From: Candidatus Omnitrophota bacterium
GTDB lineage: Bacteria > Omnitrophota > Gorgyraeia > Gygaellales > Profunditerraquicolaceae
Assembly (NCBI GenBank): GCA_023819625.1
Contig: JAMWCK010000001.1
Coordinates: 1-31,817, forward strand
Direction of reading: 5' to 3'
DNA: 31,817 nucleotides
Shown: piece after piece, positions 29,132-31,817 of the stretch
Numbering within the stretch: the first letter of the stretch is position 1
Layout: each line of letters opens with the position of its first letter
Translations under genes and position numbers: made by a program
The notes under the pieces: generated by a model
Told to the model about the DNA's origin: nothing
Seen by the model: only the letters and a program-made list of their open reading frames with translations
The model's database searches: none

Positions 29132-30388
29132 ATGACTGAATATGACCTTGTAATTATCGGTAGCGGTTGGGCAGGTTTTAATGCGGCATTAAGGGCCAAA
29201 GAATTTGGCCTTAAGGTTTGTTTGCTTGAAAAAAGTCAAATTGGCGGTGTATGTTTAAATCTTGGCTGCATCCCTACTAAGACCTTAATCCAAGCGGCAA
29301 AAGTATTTAATCTTACCCGTAAGTCCACAAATTTTGGAATTGAAAGCGTAAATCCACAAATAAATTGGAGTAAAATTCAGGAGAGGAAGGATAAAATCAT
29401 CCAACAACTGCGTTTGGGTATGCAGTTGATGCTTAAGGGAATTGATTTCTTTCCTGCCGAAGCCGAAGTTTTGTCAAATCAAGAAATAAGGTCAGGGGAT
29501 AAAATCCTCAAAACAAAATTTATTTTGCTTGCTGTAGGCTCAAAACCCCTAGAGCTTCCTAATCTAAAATTTGATGGCAAAAAGATTGTCTCAAGCGACG
29601 AAATCATAAACTTAAAAGAAATTCCTAAATCCCTGTTAATCATCGGCGGTGGGGTAATTGGTTGTGAATTTGCGAGTTTATTTTCCATGTTTGGTAGTCG
29701 GGTTTCAATCGTAGAGAAGATGCCACAACTTTTGCCGGGTGAAGACGCAGAAGTTGCCCGAAGGCTACAGGCAATCTTTAAAAAGCGTGGGATAAATGTT
29801 AGCACAAATACAGATGCAACTAATTTAGATATAAAAAATTACGATTTAGTTTTACTGTCTATAGGCAGGGTATCGCAGGCCCCCCAAATTCAGGTAGATG
29901 AATACCTGAGGACAAAGATACCGAACATTTATGCTGCAGGGGACTGTACTAAAAAGATAATGCTGGCACATTTTGCTGCTTATCAGGGAAGAATTGCGGC
30001 AGAAAATATTGCCCATCCGCAAAATCCCAAAAAGGCCGATAATCCCCATATTCCTAACTGTATTTTTACTCTTCCTGAGATTGCTAGCGTTGGCTTAAGT
30101 GAAGAAAAGGCAAAGACCATGGGTTTAGAAATAAAGATAAAAAAATTTGATTTTATGGCCTCGGGCATGGCACATATTCTAGATGAGACAGAAGGGTTTA
30201 TTAAGATAGTTTCCGACGGTAAAACCGGTGAAATCAAAGGCGCCTCAATTATTGGACCTTATGCCACTGAACTTATCGGGATTTTGACTTTAGCCATAAC
30301 TCAGCATCTTACACTTTCGTCTCTTAAGGATACCCTCTTTGCCCATCCTACCTTATCTGAATCTATTATTGAGGCCCTAAAAGACTAA
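29132..30388 (+). CDS. lpdA: Dihydrolipoamide dehydrogenase (compact, 418 aa)
   Basis: IIGSGWAG FAD motif, GGVCLNLGCIPTK disulfide, GGGVIGCE NAD motif, IYAAGD, HPTLSE His-Glu pair. Confidence 0.9.
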   Translation: MTEYDLVIIGSGWAGFNAALRAKEFGLKVCLLEKSQIGGVCLNLGCIPTKTLIQAAKVFNLTRKSTNFGIESVNPQINWSKIQERKDKIIQQLRLGMQLMLKGIDFFPAEAEVLSNQEIRSGDKILKTKFILLAVGSKPLELPNLKFDGKKIVSSDEIINLKEIPKSLLIIGGGVIGCEFASLFSMFGSRVSIVEKMPQLLPGEDAEVARRLQAIFKKRGINVSTNTDATNLDIKNYDLVLLSIGRVSQAPQIQVDEYLRTKIPNIYAAGDCTKKIMLAHFAAYQGRIAAENIAHPQNPKKADNPHIPNCIFTLPEIASVGLSEEKAKTMGLEIKIKKFDFMASGMAHILDETEGFIKIVSDGKTGEIKGASIIGPYATELIGILTLAITQHLTLSSLKDTLFAHPTLSESIIEALKD

Positions 30389-30390
30389 AT

Positions 30391-31089
30391 ATGAAACTAA
30401 ATGTCTTTGATTTAGGCCTGGTTGATTTTAGACTTGCCCAACAGTTTCAAGAAAGGATATTCTACGAGGTAAAAAAGGAAATAATTGCCTTTGGGCTAAT
30501 TCTTTGTCAACACTATCCGGTAATTACTTTAGGAAGAACCGCAAAAAAAGAAAATATTTTAATTTCTGAAGAGGAATTAAAAAATAAGGGGATTGCGGTC
30601 TATGTGACACAACGGGGTGGAGATGTTACTTATCACGGCCCCGGACAACTGTTGGTCTATCCGATATTTAATTTAAGTTATCTAAAAAAAGATATACACT
30701 GGTTTTTAAGAAGATTGGAAGGGTTACTGATAAATCTATTCTTTGATTTCGGTTTAAATACGCAACGGCGTAGGGGCTTAACCGGGGTTTGGGTGGGCGA
30801 GAAAAAAATCGCCTCCATCGGCATTGCGATCAAAAACTGGATTACCTTCTACGGATTAAGTATAAATATCAAGAAAAATGACCTGGATAATTTTCGATTC
30901 ATTAGACCTTGTGGTATGGATATAGAAATGACGACCTTGGAAGAGTCCTTAAATAAAGAGGTTGAGGTGGAGGTTCTAAAAGAAAAAATCGTCCCTAAAT
31001 TTCAAGATATCTTCATTATACCTAAACGATTATACCAAGGAGGTATCCATGACCAAAGTATACTTACCGGAATTGGGCGAGGGGATTGA
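30391..31089 (+). CDS. lipB: Octanoyltransferase LipB
   Basis: HYPVITLG, RGGDVTYHGPGQ, KIASIG, catalytic PCG. Confidence 0.93.
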   Translation: MKLNVFDLGLVDFRLAQQFQERIFYEVKKEIIAFGLILCQHYPVITLGRTAKKENILISEEELKNKGIAVYVTQRGGDVTYHGPGQLLVYPIFNLSYLKKDIHWFLRRLEGLLINLFFDFGLNTQRRRGLTGVWVGEKKIASIGIAIKNWITFYGLSINIKKNDLDNFRFIRPCGMDIEMTTLEESLNKEVEVEVLKEKIVPKFQDIFIIPKRLYQGGIHDQSILTGIGRGD

Positions 31090-31285
31090 TAAGGCCACAG
31101 TTTCCTACTGGTATTTTAATGAAGGTGAAAAAGTGAATGAAAAAGATGACCTTGTAGAACTTACCACAGACAAGGCAACCTTTAATCTTCCCAGCCCTTG
31201 CTCAGGGATACTTTCTGCGATTTTGGTTCATGAAGGCGATACAGTTAATATCGGCGAGGTCCTGGCAATAATTGATGAGGGGTAA
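31049..31285 (+). CDS. Stand-alone E2-type lipoyl-carrier domain protein (78 aa)
   Basis: LPELGEG, lipoyl-lysine motif TDKAT, PSPCSGIL, EGDTVNIG; SD AAGGAGGT 31037-31044; ends at TAA with no linker or catalytic domain. Confidence 0.9.
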   Translation: MTKVYLPELGEGIDKATVSYWYFNEGEKVNEKDDLVELTTDKATFNLPSPCSGILSAILVHEGDTVNIGEVLAIIDEG

Positions 31286-31294
31286 TAATCTTCG

Positions 31295-31325
31295 TTCTTT
31301 CCAGAGGATAAGGAATTAGTTTTTT
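31295..31325 (+). terminator. Possible weak intrinsic terminator after the lipoyl-carrier gene
   Basis: TTCTTTCC-AGA-GGATAAGGAA imperfect stem followed by TTAGTTTTTT; the stem is short and bulged. Confidence 0.3.
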
Positions 31326-31383
31326 GTTCCTGCCTCGAGTAAGCAAGGGGAAATAACGCGTATTTCGCTACACTAAATAATCA

Positions 31384-31435
31384 TTGACAATACTTAGTTT
31401 TATTAGTATATATATGATTATTGTAGATATGTCAA
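31384..31435. promoter_or_regulatory. Sigma70-like promoter with symmetric architecture
   Basis: TTGACA 31384-31389, 17 nt, TATATA 31407-31412, 17 nt, TGTCAA 31430-31435. The -35 is perfect; the -10 lacks the conserved final T. Confidence 0.55.
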
Positions 31436-31450
31436 AGAATGAGGATGATT

Positions 31451-31675
31451 ATGACTAAATACAAAGAGATTATGACTGCTAAAGAAGTGGCTGATTACTT
31501 AAAGCTTCATCCGCTCACTGTACACCGTCTGGCACGAGAAGGCAAGATTCCCGCGTTTAAAATTGGCACAGATTGGAGATTTCATAAGAAACATATTGAG
31601 CGCTGGATTCTGGAGAAATCAGCCCATTACTTTGCGAAAAAAGGACAGAAGGAAGGTATCCTTAACGAAGTTTAA
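31451..31675 (+). CDS. Excisionase-family (HTH_17 / MerR-like) small DNA-binding protein
   Basis: MTAKEVADYLKLHPLTVHRLAREGKIPAFKIGTDWRF. Start taken at ATG 31451 after GAGG 31441-31444; ATG 31439 and 31445 are alternatives. Confidence 0.88.
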   Translation: MTKYKEIMTAKEVADYLKLHPLTVHRLAREGKIPAFKIGTDWRFHKKHIERWILEKSAHYFAKKGQKEGILNEV

Positions 31676-31698
31676 ACCGGGCAAAGACCTAAAAGAAA

Positions 31699-31817
31699 AT
31701 GGAAAATGATTTTGCTTTCATTATTTGTCCGAAGACGATTAAGGAATTAAGAATAATTTGGCCACCGGCCAAATTCCTTCCAGCGTTTTTTATTGATCTT
31801 CGTTTTAAGACCGCGCC
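31699..31817 (+). CDS. 3'-truncated ORF, N-terminus resembling the acyl-ACP-reductase / 'shikimate dehydrogenase'-like oxidoreductase family
   Basis: Manual translation MENDFAFIICPKTIKELRIIWPPAKFLPAFFIDLRFKTA..., open to the window end. FAFIIxP recalls the FAFIIHP start of that family; only 39 codons are visible. Confidence 0.45.
   Translation, partial: MENDFAFIICPKTIKELRIIWPPAKFLPAFFIDLRFKTA

Noticed and set aside
225-30237. The many minus-strand ORFs in the track (e.g. 225-671, 7272-7619, 14069-14488, 15155-15580, 15703-16173, 27392-27703)
   Set aside because: All lie antisense to well-conserved genes, have no recognisable motifs, and are typical shadows of + strand codon bias.
31439-31675. 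HTH gene as evidence of a prophage or integrative element boundary
   Set aside because: No integrase, att repeat or phage gene in the window; cannot be supported without downstream sequence.

Overview
A single-strand (+), gene-dense housekeeping region with no mobile element, CRISPR array, rRNA or tRNA that I can support. Bases 1-23030 hold the 5'-truncated rpoC followed without a break by the str (rpsL-rpsG-fusA-tuf), S10, spc and alpha ribosomal-protein clusters. rpmD (L30) is missing. rpmJ (L36) is present but too short for the ORF track. Bases 23047-31285 continue on the same strand with short gaps: aminotransferase, LeuC/HacA-type hydratase large subunit, pilT, LeuD/HacB-type small subunit, isocitrate dehydrogenase, malate dehydrogenase, dihydrolipoamide dehydrogenase, lipB and a stand-alone lipoyl domain. 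After a promoter-like gap come an excisionase-type HTH gene and a 3'-truncated ORF. Protein signatures (EF-Tu 'IAKGGxVRD' switch I, S12 'CLQV', S19 'KTWCRAC') suggest a PVC-superphylum organism, plausibly Omnitrophota; this is inference, not a database result. The most notable observations are: (i) two related intergenic elements built on 9-nt periodic CGTT/CGAAC repeats that fold into hairpins; (ii) a probable two-subunit aconitase/ICDH/MDH/AAT module split by pilT; (iii) an LpdA-LipB-free lipoyl-carrier trio with no E1/E2 in the window; (iv) L17 with a long tail ending in an amphipathic helix; (v) a possible L30 remnant fused to L15; (vi) a symmetric TTGACA-N17-TATATA-N17-TGTCAA site.
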